DNA of 64,000 nt from Salpingoeca rosetta (GCA_033442325.1 JAWQFM010000018.1:1220530-1284529), one strand, 5' to 3'. Shown: positions 11,876-26,330, counted from the first letter of the stretch. Numbers and translations: made by a program. The notes: a model not told the origin generated them from the letters alone.

Positions 11876-11995
11876 GGCCACGTCGCACCAACCAATCAAT
11901 ACACACACACACAGACACATCAAGCACCTTCTCAACACACCTTCTCCACACCCACACACAACTCTCACACACCAACCCACACGCGTTGGTTCAGC

Positions 11996-12811
11996 ATGGC
12001 GCTGTTGAGGCTGCTGGGGTGCAGCGCAGGGATCTATGTGTGCTACATCACGTATGGCATCCTGCAGGAGGGCGTGTACAAGTACACGTCGCCCGTGACC
12101 GGGGAGCGGTTCTCCTCGACACTGACGCTGCTCTTGATTCAGGCCGTGCTCAACTACATCTGCGCCACCACCATCTGCTGGTGGCAAGGCATGAAGCCGC
12201 TGCCGGCCACCGCGTTTGCCCTGCCAGGGTGCACGTTCATTGCTGCCATGCTGTGCAGCAACGAGGCCCTGAAGTACGTGAGCTACCCGACCCAGGTCTT
12301 GGCCAAGTCGTGCAAGCTCGTGCCCGTGCTGTTGGTGAACGTGCTCGTGTACAGCCGGACAGCCACCTTCTTGCAGTACGTCCACGTGGCCCTCGTCACC
12401 GCGGGCATCGTCCTGTTTCGTCTCAAGAACACGGACGCGGCGCAGGAGCACAACAGCCTGTATGGCATCGGCTTGCTGCTTCTGTCGCTGCTGCTGGATG
12501 GCGTCACGGGACCAACGCAGCAGCACCTCAAGGAGCGCTACTCGCCCTCCCCATTCCAGCTCATGCGCTACTGCAACCTGTGGGGGTCCCTGCTCATCAT
12601 CGCCCTGCTCGTTGCCTCGGGCGAGTTCCTCTCTGGCGTCATGTTTTTGTTACAGCCGGAGCACGCGCCGCTGCTGTCCCGCGTCGTTCTCTTCTCCCTC
12701 GCCGGCGCCGCCGGGCAGGCCTTTATCTACACCACCCTCCTTGAATTCGGGTACGGACTGCTCTGTGTGTGTGTGTGGGTGGGGGGCGGGGGGCGGGGGG
12801 CGGGGAAGGCT

Positions 12812-12866
<55 letters not shown>

Positions 12867-13184
12867 NNNNNNNNNNNNNNNNNNNNNNNNNNNNNNNNNN
12901 NNNNNNNNNNNNNNNNNNNNNNNNNNNNNNNNNNNNNNNNNNNNNNNNNNNNNNNNNNNNNNNNNNTCATTTCGTTTTTGTAATCTACAGGGGGTTGTGT
13001 GAGACTGTGAAGTGTGTGCGTGCGTGCGAGTACACCCCGCCGTGTGTGTGTCACTCACATACGTGCATGCGCTCGCGTGTATACGCACACACATATACAC
13101 ACTGTCACTCTCTGATACAGGGGTGCGCGCGCGAGCGCGTGTATATGCTGGCTTTCGGACTACAGCGTAATCGGTTCTTGCGCT

Positions 13185-13267
<83 letters not shown>

Positions 13268-13656
13268 AAACACACACACGTAAACACGCATTGACATACA
13301 CGCATATAACCTGCACCGCAACACCATTCAGGGCGCTGACGTTGACGACGGTGACAACGACGCGCAAGTTCTTCACCATCCTGTTCTCGGTGGTGCTGTA
13401 CGGGCACGTGCTGTCGGCTGTGCAGTGGGCGGGCGTTGCGCTTGTGTTTGTCGGCCTCTCCCTCGACGTGGTGGAGAAGAAGCGAAACCGCGACACCATG
13501 AGCGGCATGGACAAGGTGCGGCCTACGGCACCCGCCTCCGCCACTGGTGGTGATGGTGGTGATGGTGGTGATGGTGGTGGTGCCAACGGAAGCAAGGCGG
13601 CATCAGCTTCGCCATCGCCGGCATCAAACGCCTCGGGCAAGGAGAAGGCAATGTGA
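11996..13656 (+). CDS. SLC35B1: UAA-family nucleotide-sugar/ATP transporter, SLC35B1/HUT1-like; exons 11996-12750 and 13332-13656
   Basis: YGILQEGVY, SNEALKYVSYPTQVLAKSCKLVPV, LLLDGVTGPTQ, GQAFIY, TTTRKFFTILFSVVLYGH. C-terminal KEKAM is a KxKxx ER-retrieval signal. The intron splices in frame (GG|G). Confidence 0.9.
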
Positions 13657-14127
13657 CGCCATGACACCTCCACCGCCGCTGTTGGTGTTGGTGTTGGTCG
13701 TGGTGTTGGCAGATAGATGGTGTTGTGCTGCTGCTGCTGCTGCTGCTGCTTCTACTGCTGCTGCCCGCGTTGGCTCTGTCATGACAGCACACGCCTCGTG
13801 AGGAACTCAGGAGAAAGGCAAGAGAAGAAGCGCTTGGTGTGTGTGTAGATGTCCATGAGCACAGCACTTGTTCCTGTTCACAATACGCTTTCAACTTTTC
13901 TTGCCCGCCTGGCCGTCTGTCGTTTTGCCCGTTAATCCCTTTCCCTTTGCACCACCACCACCCCGATGTACACTGTGTTTTGTATTGTTGCTGCTGCTAG
14001 ACCTTGGCTGGGTTTGTTCGCTGCGTTGCTGTTGCTGGTGGTGTTGGAAGGGATGTTGTTCCAACTCATCCATACACGCTCTTAGAGGAGCCAGTGCCAC
14101 AGGGCAGCAAAGCAGCGACACATGTAG

Positions 14128-14344
<217 letters not shown>

Positions 14345-14439
14345 CAGAGCACACCATATGGACTACATTTCATGGTGTTGGTACCAGTTTTCGTAATCCC
14401 CCACCGCTGCTGCTGCACACCACGAGACAACCACGAACG

Positions 14440-16135
14440 ATGAAGGGTGGGAGTGAACGGGACGTGGTGAACGAGAGCACAGACGAGCTCCTGCACCACA
14501 TGCACAAGGACGCCGACAATGTGGCTCATCCAATCAACAACATTGAGGTGCGTGACACACGACACATGTGTGTGGTGTTCATGCCGTTCTTTCTCTCGTT
14601 CGTTCTTGGCTCAATGGTTGGTTTTCAATGCCCACGTGGTGCACGTGGTGGGTTTGTCATGTGCTCATCCTGCATGTGTGCCGTGACAATGACAGGACAA
14701 ATGGAGGCTGCTGCCTTCCTTCTTGCAGCTAAAGGGCCTTGTGCGCCAGCACGTGGACTCGTTCAACCACTTTGTTGAGATTGATATCCACAACATCGTC
14801 AAAGCCAACAGCAAGGTGGGAGAGAGAGCGTGTGTGTGCGCTTGTGTGAGTGTGTGGGTGAGTGTGTGAGTGTGTGAGTGAGTGTGTGAGTGAGTGAGTG
14901 TGTGTGTGTATGTGTGTAAGTCTGCACGTGCTGGTGCTACGTTTCGGCTCACGTTTGGCGCACAACACCAAACCAACTGTGTTGCACGTTAGATTGTCTC
15001 CGACGTCAACCCACGCGTTTACCTGGAGTATACGAGCATCCGGTGAGTCCATTGTACCCAAGGGCGACGAGCCACGTGGTGCTTGTTGTGTCTTGTGCTG
15101 TTGCAAAGCGCCGTGTGTCACCATCACCGCTGCTGCTTGCTATATGCCCTCGCTCACCTTTGTTTTGTATTTCCACAGTGTGGGCGAGCCCGTGATCCAG
15201 AACGGCCCCTTTGACGACCACGACGTCACGCCAATGGAGGTCAGTGAACTTCACACGCTCTCGGGTCCCTGTGTGTGCACTGCTGTCACTGACAACCCAG
15301 TACTGCTCACTGCTGTGAATGTTGCCGCCATTCACATTGCATGTGCATCTGTGCATGTGTGTATGTGCCTGCTCTGTCGCTTATTTCCGTCGTTGTTCTG
15401 CGCCAGTGCCGGCTGCGCAACACGACGTATGCGGCTCCCATGCATGTGAACGTCAGGCTCTCCCTCAGCGGCGAAGGTGTGTCACACACAGCATGGAGCG
15501 GCTGCCTGCAACGTTCACCCACTCACCCGCTCACCCGCTCACCCGCTCACCTGCTCACCTGCTCACGTTCACCTGCTCACCCGCTCACCCGCTCACCCGC
15601 TGGCACCACCTCTTCGTGTGCGCGTGCGCGTGCGTGTGTGTGCGTGCGTACAGTGCGCAACTACAACGACATCTTGATTGGCCGGCTGCCCATCATGCTG
15701 CGGAGCAAGAAGTGCCGTCTCTTTAGTCAGTTGTTCCGTACAGCGAGTGGGGAGAGGGGCCAAGATGAGATGTGGGAAGAATTGTGTGGGCTGTGACTGG
15801 CTCGAGTGATACATGGCTGCCGGAGTATCATATCTGTGTATACTCCGTCTACTCGGTGTTGTGTTGTGTACGTGTGTTGCTCGCATTTGTGCATGTGTAT
15901 CTTTGTGTGTACATGCCACACGTCTGTGTACACGTGGGCAAACACGCATGCGCGTTACCTCGACCTGACTTTTCCTCCTGTTCCGCTTGATTGCGTCATG
16001 GCGGTGCTGCAGAGGCCAACGACGAGCAGATGGCGAAGATGGGCGAGTGCCCGCTCGACCCAGGAGGTGAGCAACAGTAATCACGTTGGTGTATGTGTGT
16101 ACGTATGTGTATGTGTACGTGGACGTGGACGTGTA

Positions 16136-16208
<73 letters not shown>

Positions 16209-16545
16209 GTACATGTATACGTGTAGCTGTATCTGTGTGGACGTGTGTATGTGTGTGCGCTGGAAGGCAAGGTGTGCATGTCAATGCACCCCACAAATGC
16301 CATCTCATATGCTGTGCATTACTTCCTTGTTAATCATCCCCGCAATTGCTGTCCCTCGGTGCGCGTTGCTCAACCCTACCCCCCTCACCACCTCCAATGC
16401 ATTGACTGCTGTCAGGGTATTTCATCATTGGTGGCACGGAGAAGGTGATTCTCATGCAGGAGCAGCTCAGCAAAAACAGGATCATTGTCGAACGCGACAG
16501 ACACGGTTCGTTCATGATGGCGGTCTGTGATGGCGTTGGTGTGTG

Positions 16546-16577
<32 letters not shown>

Positions 16578-18303
16578 GTGTGGGGGGGTGTTGTTTGCAT
16601 GCTTCTGGTCGCGTGTTTCGTCATGTCCTCGCACGAATGTCTCAATCCCGACACCATCCACCCAACTCATCATCATCACCACCACCAGGGGAGATGTCTG
16701 CCTCGGTCACGTCGTCCTCGGCCGAGCGAAAGACGAAGACAATCATCAATATGAAGCGTGGTAACTTCATGCTCAAGGTCAGCACACAATGTCCAGCTGC
16801 TCACATGTCATGATGTCTTTTGGGGGGGGCTGCTGTGCATCTACATGCTTGCATCTACATGCGTGCATGTACACATTTGCGTATGAATGTGTGTGTGTGC
16901 ACACACAAGGAGATCATGAGCCATTGCTTGTCAGTTTGTGCCCACGACGTCAGCCCACTTCACCCCGTCACACCCCCGCCTCGGTTGCGAGACCAGGTGA
17001 ACATGCTTGCCGAGGACGTACCGCTGGTTGTGGTGCTCAAGGCGATGGGGATGACGTCCGATCAGGAGATTCTCCAGTTCATCGGCGCAGACGAGCAATC
17101 GGTGCGCACGCGTGGCAGCGATGATGACGGCGATGGTGGTGGTGGTGTACACGTGGTGGTGGTGGTGGTGGTGGTGGTGTACACGTGGTCATGTACACGT
17201 GGTGGTGGTGGTGGTGTTGATTGTGATAGTTGTGCGATGGTAACCGTGTGTGTGTTGTTGGTAAAGGCGTGCATGTGTTGTTTGCACACGCGCCAGTTGT
17301 GCTGTGCAGCAGTGTCGGTATTTACTGACGCCTGGTGCTCACGTTCTGCGAATGGCAGATGGAGCTGTTTGGACCGTCCCTCCAGCAGTGCGCAGAGCTC
17401 GAGGTCTTCACCCAGGACCAGGTGAACAGCACACACACATGCACACACGCACACATGTACACATACATGCATGCACCTGCACATGTACACACATGAACGC
17501 ATACACAAACGAGCACATGCACAGGCACACGATGCACATGAACACACGTTCACACGCTCGTTTCGGTTGAATCGCCCCAATAACACCACGTTCCACACCC
17601 CTCTTTCGTTGCATCGTGCGTATTTTGCCTGCAGGCACTGCGCTATCTTGGGACAAAAGTTCGCATTCCACGGCGCGAGTACGGGCCGTCACGCCGCACG
17701 AAGGAGGACGAAGCACGCTCCATTCTCGCATCTGTTGTCCTCTCCCACATTGAGGTGCTTGCAAGCAACGTGGTGGGGCAGGAGCGCAGGGGGGGGGGAG
17801 TAGCGAGTAATGTGTGTGCACATGTTTGTAATCACGCCAGTGAAGATGTGTGCGTGTGTGCGTGTGTGCTCGTGTACAAGCTGCCCAGCGCTGTGCATGC
17901 TTGTTTGTGTTTGCGTTTGTGTTTGTGTCAAGAACGCCTTTCATCTCACCCCTGTCCTCATGCGTGCACCATCAACACCATCAACACCATCAACACCACC
18001 GACAGGTCCGCAACTTTGACATGCGGCCCAAGTGCATCTACCTGTGCGTGATGGCACGTCGCATGATCGCTGCAATCCGCAACAAGGTGACAACGGCAGT
18101 TGTGATGACATGTTGGTGTTTGGAGTACACATACACACGTGTACGCAGAGATGTCGTATACATGCACACGAGTGCACGGCATGTGCTCACAGTCACGCAC
18201 GTTAATCCTGCCATCATTGTGTGTGTATCTGTGTGTGTGTGTGTATCTGTGTGTGTGTGTGTGTATCTGTGTGTGTGTGTGGTGTTGTGTGTGTGTGTGG
18301 TGT

Positions 18304-18336
<33 letters not shown>

Positions 18337-20737
18337 AGAGCGGAGGTGACGACCGCGACTACTACGGCAACAAGCGGCTGGAGCTCGCCGGATCCCTCAT
18401 GGCCCTCCTCTTCGAAGACTCCTTCAAGACACTCAACGGACGGGTGCGTGCTTGTGATGTGTTTGTGCGTGCACGTGTGCGTGCGTACGTGTGCTTGTGT
18501 GCTTGTGTGCTTGTGCATGTGTGTGTGTGCGCTTGATTTCGTGTCTGTTTACTCCATTGTACGTCGCTCCACCCCGTCATGCCTCCCCCCCCGTAATCAC
18601 CACAACTACAACCCCACCCTCCCCCTCTCTTCAGATCAAGCGAGAGCTTGACCACACGTTTGTGCGCGTGACGGCGCGAGCGTTTGATCCGGCGCAGATT
18701 ATCCGCGCCAACCCAATCACCCAGGGTAATATATTTCAGCCCTTCTCACGACTGCACTGCATGTGCTCGTGACACATGACGTGGGGTGTGCAAGTGCAAG
18801 CTTTGCTTGTGCATCTCCTCTCGTGTTTCACTTTATACCACTCACATTTCACGCACACGCATACGCGCACGCACCACACACAAACACATGACACACATAA
18901 CACACGCACGCACACACACACACACACACGCACGCACACACACACATGCACACCACCACTGCAGCGATCAACTATGCGATTTCGAGCGGCAACTGGAACC
19001 TGAAGCGCTTCCGCATGGAGCGTGCCGGTGTCACGTCGGTCCTGTCGCGCCTGTCGTTCATCGCTGCACTCGGCATGATGACACGCATCACCTCTCAGTT
19101 TGAGAAGACACGCAAAGTCAGCCATCCCGTGCTGCTGCTGCTGTTGTTGTTTAAATTGTTGTTGTTGTCGTCGTCGTTGTCGTTGTTAAGTTGGTCGAGT
19201 GTTTGTGTCTGCTCTCAGCAAATGGTTGCGCTGATGTTCACCACCACCACTACCACCATCATCATGACTGTGTGCAGGTGAGCGGCCCTCGCTCCCTCCA
19301 GCCGTCCCAGTGGGGAATGCTCTGCCCAAGCGGTGAGACGATGCACACACACACACACACACAATCAAATATATTTGTGCACAGACACACAGACACAATC
19401 AAAGATACTTGTACACACACACACACACGCACAGACACACACACAGACACACACACACTCTCTCTCTCTCTCATGAATGCGCACGAATGTACTTATCATC
19501 AACACTCACCTCCTGCTGCATGCGTGCGTGCGTGTGTGTGCATGTGTATTTGCTGACCAGATACGCCCGAGGGCGAGACGTGCGGTCTTGTGAAGAATCT
19601 TGCGCTCATGTCGTACGTGACTGTCGACGTCGACGAAGCCCCGCTCATCAGGTGCACACACACAAACACACATCTGGTTTGGTGATGTGTGTGTCAAGGC
19701 ATCATTCTCCAACACACACACACTCACATTCACACACACACACTCACACACATTCACACACTCGCGCACGCACACTCACACACGCACACACTCACCATCT
19801 CCTTCCCTCCCATACGCAATCTCACGCCTGCTTCAACGCCATCACAACGCCGCTGCTGCCGCTGCTGCTGTCAGGCTCGCGTACAACCTTGGCGTTGAGG
19901 GGCTGAATCTTGTCAACGGGGAGGAGTTTTCGCATGAAGACACATATGTCGTGTTTGTCAACGGTACCATGCTCGGCGTCACGCGCAGGTACCGCTAACA
20001 CCAAATGGGGTGAGGTGGAGCGGGTTGTTACTGTCGAAGGTGTTGCCGCTGTTGATGTAAGAGGAGGAGGTTGGGTTGACAGCGCTAACCACAACCACTT
20101 TCTCACATTCGCACACACACACACATACACATACACACACACATACACACACGCACGTGCGCTGTCATACCTTCGATTCAACACCCACGTGTCCAATGGT
20201 CCTCGCAACCTCTATTCTCCCTGGCAGCCCACACCACCTTGTGCGAGCGGTGCGGTTGCTGCGTCGTGCCGGCCGCATCAACGAGTTTGTGTCGGCGTAC
20301 ATCAGCGCCTCAACCCGGACTGTCCACATCGCCAGCGACGCAGGCAGAGTCTGCAGGTAGTGCATTCCACTGTGCTGCTCATCGACTTGCCCGTGCAGCC
20401 GTGCATGTGCTCACTGTTCAATATCCTCGTGACTGCTGCATTGCACACGCATGTGCATGGAATTTATTTGCACTGCATCCCCAATCACAACCCCACCAAT
20501 CATCAACCACCATCATCCAACCACTCACCGCCACCAACACTGACCACTCTCCTCATCACCACCATGGCTGGTTTGGTCCAGGCCGTACATTATTGTGGAG
20601 CACGGGCAGCCGCTGGTGACGCCGCAGCAGCTGCGCGACCTCGCTCTCGGCATCCTCCACTTTGATGACTTCATCAGACTCGGGTACCAACACATGCTGT
20701 TAGACACAACACACACACACACAACACACACACACAC

Positions 20738-20789
<52 letters not shown>

Positions 20790-21401
20790 ACACAAACAAC
20801 ACACACACGCGCGCGCCTGCTTCACCTCCACCTAACCCTCGCATGCACCATTTTCAACCCATATATGTGTGCGTGTGTGTGATTCAGGGTGGTCGAGTAC
20901 CTTGACGTGAACGAGCTGAACGACAGCCTGATTGCGCTGTACGAGAAGGACATGTGCGAAGAGACGACGCATCTTGAGATTGAGCCGTTCACAGTTCTGG
21001 GCGCCTGTGCGGGCCTCATTCCATATCCGCACCACAACCAGTCCCCGCGAAACACCTACCAGTGCGCCATGGGCAAGCAGGCAATGGGTGTCATTGCCTA
21101 CAACTACCAACGCAGGTGGGGTGTGCGTGTATGTAGTTGTGTGTGCGTATACATGTGTGTGTGCCGTGTTGCATGTGACAAGTGTGCTTGCGTAACACTT
21201 TCACGTTGTCAACAGCCACCCCCCTTCTTCGCCCTTCAACAACTTGGTTGCACCCCTCACCATCGCGTTGTGGTTGCGTGTGTGCTGGCAGGATCGACAC
21301 GCTGCTGTATGCGCTCATGTATCCGCAGCGGCCGCTGGTGAAGACAAAGACCATTGAACTCATCGACTTTGAGAAGCTGCCGGCTGGGCAGGTCAGCTGT
21401 C

Positions 21402-21498
<97 letters not shown>

Positions 21499-22237
21499 GT
21501 GGTGGTGGTGGTGGCGTGNNNNNNNNNNNNNNNNNNNNNNNNNNNNNNNNNNNNNNNNNNNNNNNNNNNNNNNNNNNNNNNNNNNNNNNNNNNNNNNNNN
21601 NNNNNNNNNNNNNNNNNNACCACCATCACCAACACCCACCACCACCAACCAAACCCCACCGCTGTCTGCAGGTGAAGCCCGGGTTTGCGCGTCTGGACCG
21701 CGATGGTATCGTCGCTCCCGGCGAATCCCTCAAGGACAGAGTAAGCCCCCCTCCCATACCACCACCACCTCTGGTGTTCGCTTCTGCACATATGCCACGC
21801 GTGTGCCTGGCGTGTGCGTGCGTTTTGCGACCATGCGTCACCGATTCACTGTTGCTGCTGCCATTCACCATGTGCACCTCCACCCTGTCTCCGCCTTGTC
21901 TCATCAGGATGTGCTGGTGAACAAGGAGGTGCCTGCTGGGACGGTGATGGAAGGCAACAAGCGCCGCACGGTGTACACGCCGGCACCAGTCAAGTTCAAG
22001 GGTGCCGAGGGCTGTGATGCATACTGCGACCAGGTGCTGGCAGGAGCAGGGCAATGTTGTGTGCACACGCACATGCACATGCACGCATGTGGCGAGAACG
22101 TTTGTGCTCGGACGCGTGCGTGTGTGTGTGTACTCACACATGTGTGTTCGTGTGCGTGTATGCTGATATTGCGCTTCAGGTTGCTGTGACATCATCATCG
22201 GAAAACTACATGATCATCAAGGTTGGACGCATACGCA

Positions 22238-22309
<72 letters not shown>

Positions 22310-22430
22310 TGAACTGTCGTGTCATTGACAGCGGCGTCTGGTGTGCTCATTGATTGTCGCATGTGTCTCCAACCCTGCGAACCATTACCAACACGTTGAT
22401 TTTGTATCTTCGAGCACACGCATACGCATG

Positions 22431-22469
<39 letters not shown>

Positions 22470-23524
22470 CTCTTCAATTTTAATGGGACAGATTCGTGTG
22501 CGCAGTACGCGTATCCCTGAGCTTGGCGACAAGTTCAGCAGCCGTCACGGGCAGAAGGGCGTGTGCGGTCTCATTGTGAACCAGGAGGACATGCCATTCA
22601 ACGATCAGGGGGTGTGTCCCGACATGATCATGAATCCACACGGGTTTCCGTCGCGTATGACCGTCGGGAAACTGATGGAGCTTGTTGGCGGAAAGGTGCG
22701 GCAACATGTTTGTGCGTTGTGGTGATGATTGTGTGTTTCTGTGTGCGTGTATGGACGCGTGTGTACTTGTGTATGCACGTGTGTGTATGCGTGCATTCGT
22801 GTGCTTGTGTTGGCATGTTGTTCTCGAAGCTGTGATGGCTGTCGGCCACCGTGTTTGGCGTCGTGGCCGTGTGCTGTGTCACCTCACAAGCACTGCCACA
22901 TGTTTTATTCCCTCATGATCGACCAACAACATCACCACACGCGACGTGACACATCTCTTCGCTGCCCGACCATCAGGCGGCTGTCTTGTCCGGTAACTTC
23001 AACTACGGAACCGCTTTTGGCGGCACCCCGCTCGAGGAGATGTGCGAGGTGCGTGCATGTGTGTTTGCATGCGGATGTGTGTGCGTGTGTGTGTTTGCAT
23101 GCGGATGTGTGTGTGTGTGTGTGTGTGGTCGTTCCTGCCTCTCTCTCTGCGTATCTCTCTGCGTATCTTTCTCCTTGTCTTGCTATCTCTCTGCCACTGC
23201 ACGAACGTGCTTTGTTGTGCATTGCTTGCGCGGGCCAATGCGCGTCACATCATGTGCTTGCTCCTCAACCATATGCTGCCGTCCGCCACATGCAAACCCT
23301 TCCCTCCTTCAGACGCTGGTTGATCACGGGTACAACTACCACGGCAAAGAGTTTCTGACCTCCGGCATCACTGGCGAGCCGCTGGAGGCGTACATCTTCT
23401 TCGGGCCCGTCTACTACCAGAAGCTCAAGCACATGGTCATGGACAAGGTGGGCACACTTGCCACGGGCCAGCTGCTGCTGTGCTGTTTGTGTGTGTGTGT
23501 GTGTGTTTGTTTGTGTGTGTGTGT

Positions 23525-23571
<47 letters not shown>

Positions 23572-24418
23572 CTGTGTGTGCTCTGTGTGTGTGTGTGCGC
23601 GCGCGCTTGTGCTGCATGCGGGATGACACATTGCCACTTACTTCCTCTGCCAGCATGAATCCCTCACCTGCCATGCGCCCTGCCGCCATGTGTGTGTGTG
23701 TTTAGATGCACGCACGTGCGACGGGTCCCATCACGCTGCTGACGCGCCAGCCAACGGAGGGTCGATCGAGACAGGGTGGCCTGCGCCTTGGCGAGATGGA
23801 ACGTGATTGCCTCATTGGTCACGGCACGAGCATGCTGCTGCTGGAACGCCTCATGGTCTCCTCAGATGCCTTTGAGGTCGGGCCAATGTCACGATCATCA
23901 CCGCCATCACACACGCACCGCCATTTGCGAATTGCAAGTGGTGATGGCGATTTGGTGGTGTATGCGCTTGCGTTTGACGTTTGAAGCTGACTTGTCACTT
24001 TGCTGATGTACCAGTTGCTTTTGAGTGCCCGGCAAAGTCCCCAAGCACCCTGCTATACCGTTGTGCTCACATGACCATGAATGGCTGCGTGCCTGTGGCA
24101 GGTGACCGCCTGCTCCAAGTGCGGCCTTCTCGGCTACGCTGGATGGTGCCAGTACTGCAAATCATCAGGTGTGTGTGTGTGCATGTTTGAGGGCACATTT
24201 GTTTGTTGCCGCTTCCCTGTTTCTTGAGGGCTGGGGCGTGGCTCATTGCTGGCCACTCACGTCTTCTTGCGCCACCGCTGCATCTACATCACCAATGTGT
24301 CCACACAGCCAACGTATGCAAGCTTGAGCTGCCGTACGCGTGCAAGCTGCTGTTCCAGGAACTTCAGAGCATGAACATTGTGCCGCGCCTGACACTCCAG
24401 CACTACAGCGAGCAATAG
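14440..24418 (+). CDS. POLR3B: RNA polymerase III second-largest subunit (RPC2), about 30 exons
   Basis: [132 protein letters not shown]. These are the RPC2-type variants of the motifs. Exon(s) are missing in gap 21519-21618. Confidence 0.96.
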
Positions 24419-24517
24419 CACTGCAATGCACGCGTGTTGCTGCATGCGTGAGCGCGAATGTGCCACCAGGACACGTTCCCACCTTTTCTTCCCTCACTTT
24501 GAAGTAGCATTTGTGTT

Positions 24518-24587
<70 letters not shown>

Positions 24588-24866
24588 CTCAGATTAAAAT
24601 AACAGCTTGAGCTTCGTTGCAGTTGCTGCACGCGTGTTTCATCATGATGAAGGGACAAGAGAGTGCAATGAGGATTCAACACACACTCCTTGATAGTACA
24701 CATCATGACAGAAAGCAACAGCGGCAAGCAAACAAAGCGTCCTGGCTGGCTGGCTGGCTGGCTGGCTGGCGTGTAAGAGAGCATGTTTGTTGTATGTGCG
24801 CATGTGTTGGCTACGAGAACCGTGTGCTGGTTGTGAGAGTGGTTGGTTGGCTGCACAACATCAACA

Positions 24867-26330
24867 TCAGAGGGTGAGGGTGCGGCTGGTTGGCTGGAAG
24901 AACTCCTCCACCTCATCCCGCGTCACATCCGCGATGGACTTGTGCTTCCACTCCGGCGGCGGCCCCTTCATCAGCTCTGCAGTGTGCAATTAGTGGTCGT
25001 GAGCACGTGATGGTGATGGCGGTGATGGCGGTGATGGCGGTGATGGCGGTGATGGTGGAAACGCGTGTGTGAAACAGTGGTGCAGATATACAGGCCAAGA
25101 CGAAATACCATGACAGCTTTGCCAACTCACTTCCACGGACGCCCTGGTAGAAGTCATTGCCGTGCTGTGGAGCGCAAGCAATAGACAGGGGGAGCAGGAA
25201 GGCATGAGTACATATGTATGGCAAGCGGGGCATGCTCAGCACACATGCAGGTGTGTTATCAGGAGAGAAACATAGAGTGGTACAGAGAGAGAGACACACA
25301 CACACACACACACATTCACACACATTCACACGCATACACGAACACACATACATACACGACACAGCAACGTACGACGCAGTGCTGGGAGATGTTGTATTCC
25401 ATTTCGAGGCAGCGGCGAAGGTCCATGGTCTTTCCGCGCTGCAGCTGCTCGAATGTTACCATCATCGACAGCGGGCTCTGTGGATGGATGTGTTCACGTG
25501 TATGTGTGTGAGCGTGCGTGAGCGTGCGAGTGTGAGTTGTGTTTCTGACTGTGTTGTGTGCGTGTGTGAGTGTGTGTGAGTGTGCATGCGTGTGCATGTG
25601 TGCACGTGTGTGCGTGTGCTTTTGCTGACCATTTCTGCGAGCGTTTCGCGCTGCTTCTTCGCCCACTCGGACGAGTCCGCCTCTGGTGATAGTGGGATGA
25701 ATATGGATGGATATGGATGGATATGGATGGGTGGACATGGAGGAGTGAATGGAGCGAGACAGCAGCACGAGCAAAACGAATGAGCGAGTGGAAGAAACAA
25801 GATGGGCTCAGGGCGTGCCCGCAACATATTTGTGACAAGCAAAACACAGTTGTGCGTGCGCGCGCGTGCATTATTGCTTCCGAACCGAGTGCATCAAAGA
25901 CCTCCTGAAGTGTGGGCTGCATGAAGATGGAATCAATCTTGCCCTGGTCGTGGTGACGCACGACAAGGTTGCGTGAGAAGAAGGAAGAGCATTCACCAAC
26001 GGCTCATGCGAGCGAATGTTGTCGTCAACAACAACAACAACTTAAACAACAACAACAACAACTTAAACAACAACAACAACAACTTAAACAACAACAACAA
26101 CAACTTAAACAACAACTTAAACAGCAGCAGCAGCAGGTGTCCGCCACATGCTACCTTGACGTCGGCGTACGAGGGTTTGAATGACGCATCCCGCGCATCA
26201 AAAGCCGTCAGCACCGTCTCAACATCAGCGTTCTCTGCCACATGCAGGGAAAAAAACCAAGTCAGAGGTCGTGTGTATGTGTGAGCGTGTGTATGTATGA
26301 ATGTGTGTGTGCGTGTGTGTGTGTGTGTGC

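Noticed and set aside
11996-13656. Calling the transporter a PAPS transporter (SLC35B2/B3) to complete the sulfation cluster
   Set aside because: The short N-terminus and KxKxx ER signal fit SLC35B1/HUT1 better, so its link to the cluster is weak.
14440-24418. RPB2 or RPA2 identity
   Set aside because: Motifs [20 protein letters not shown] and [10 protein letters not shown] are RPC2-type.
26026-26123. TTAA sites as piggyBac insertion footprints
   Set aside because: No terminal inverted repeats or transposase; TTAA is part of the tandem unit.
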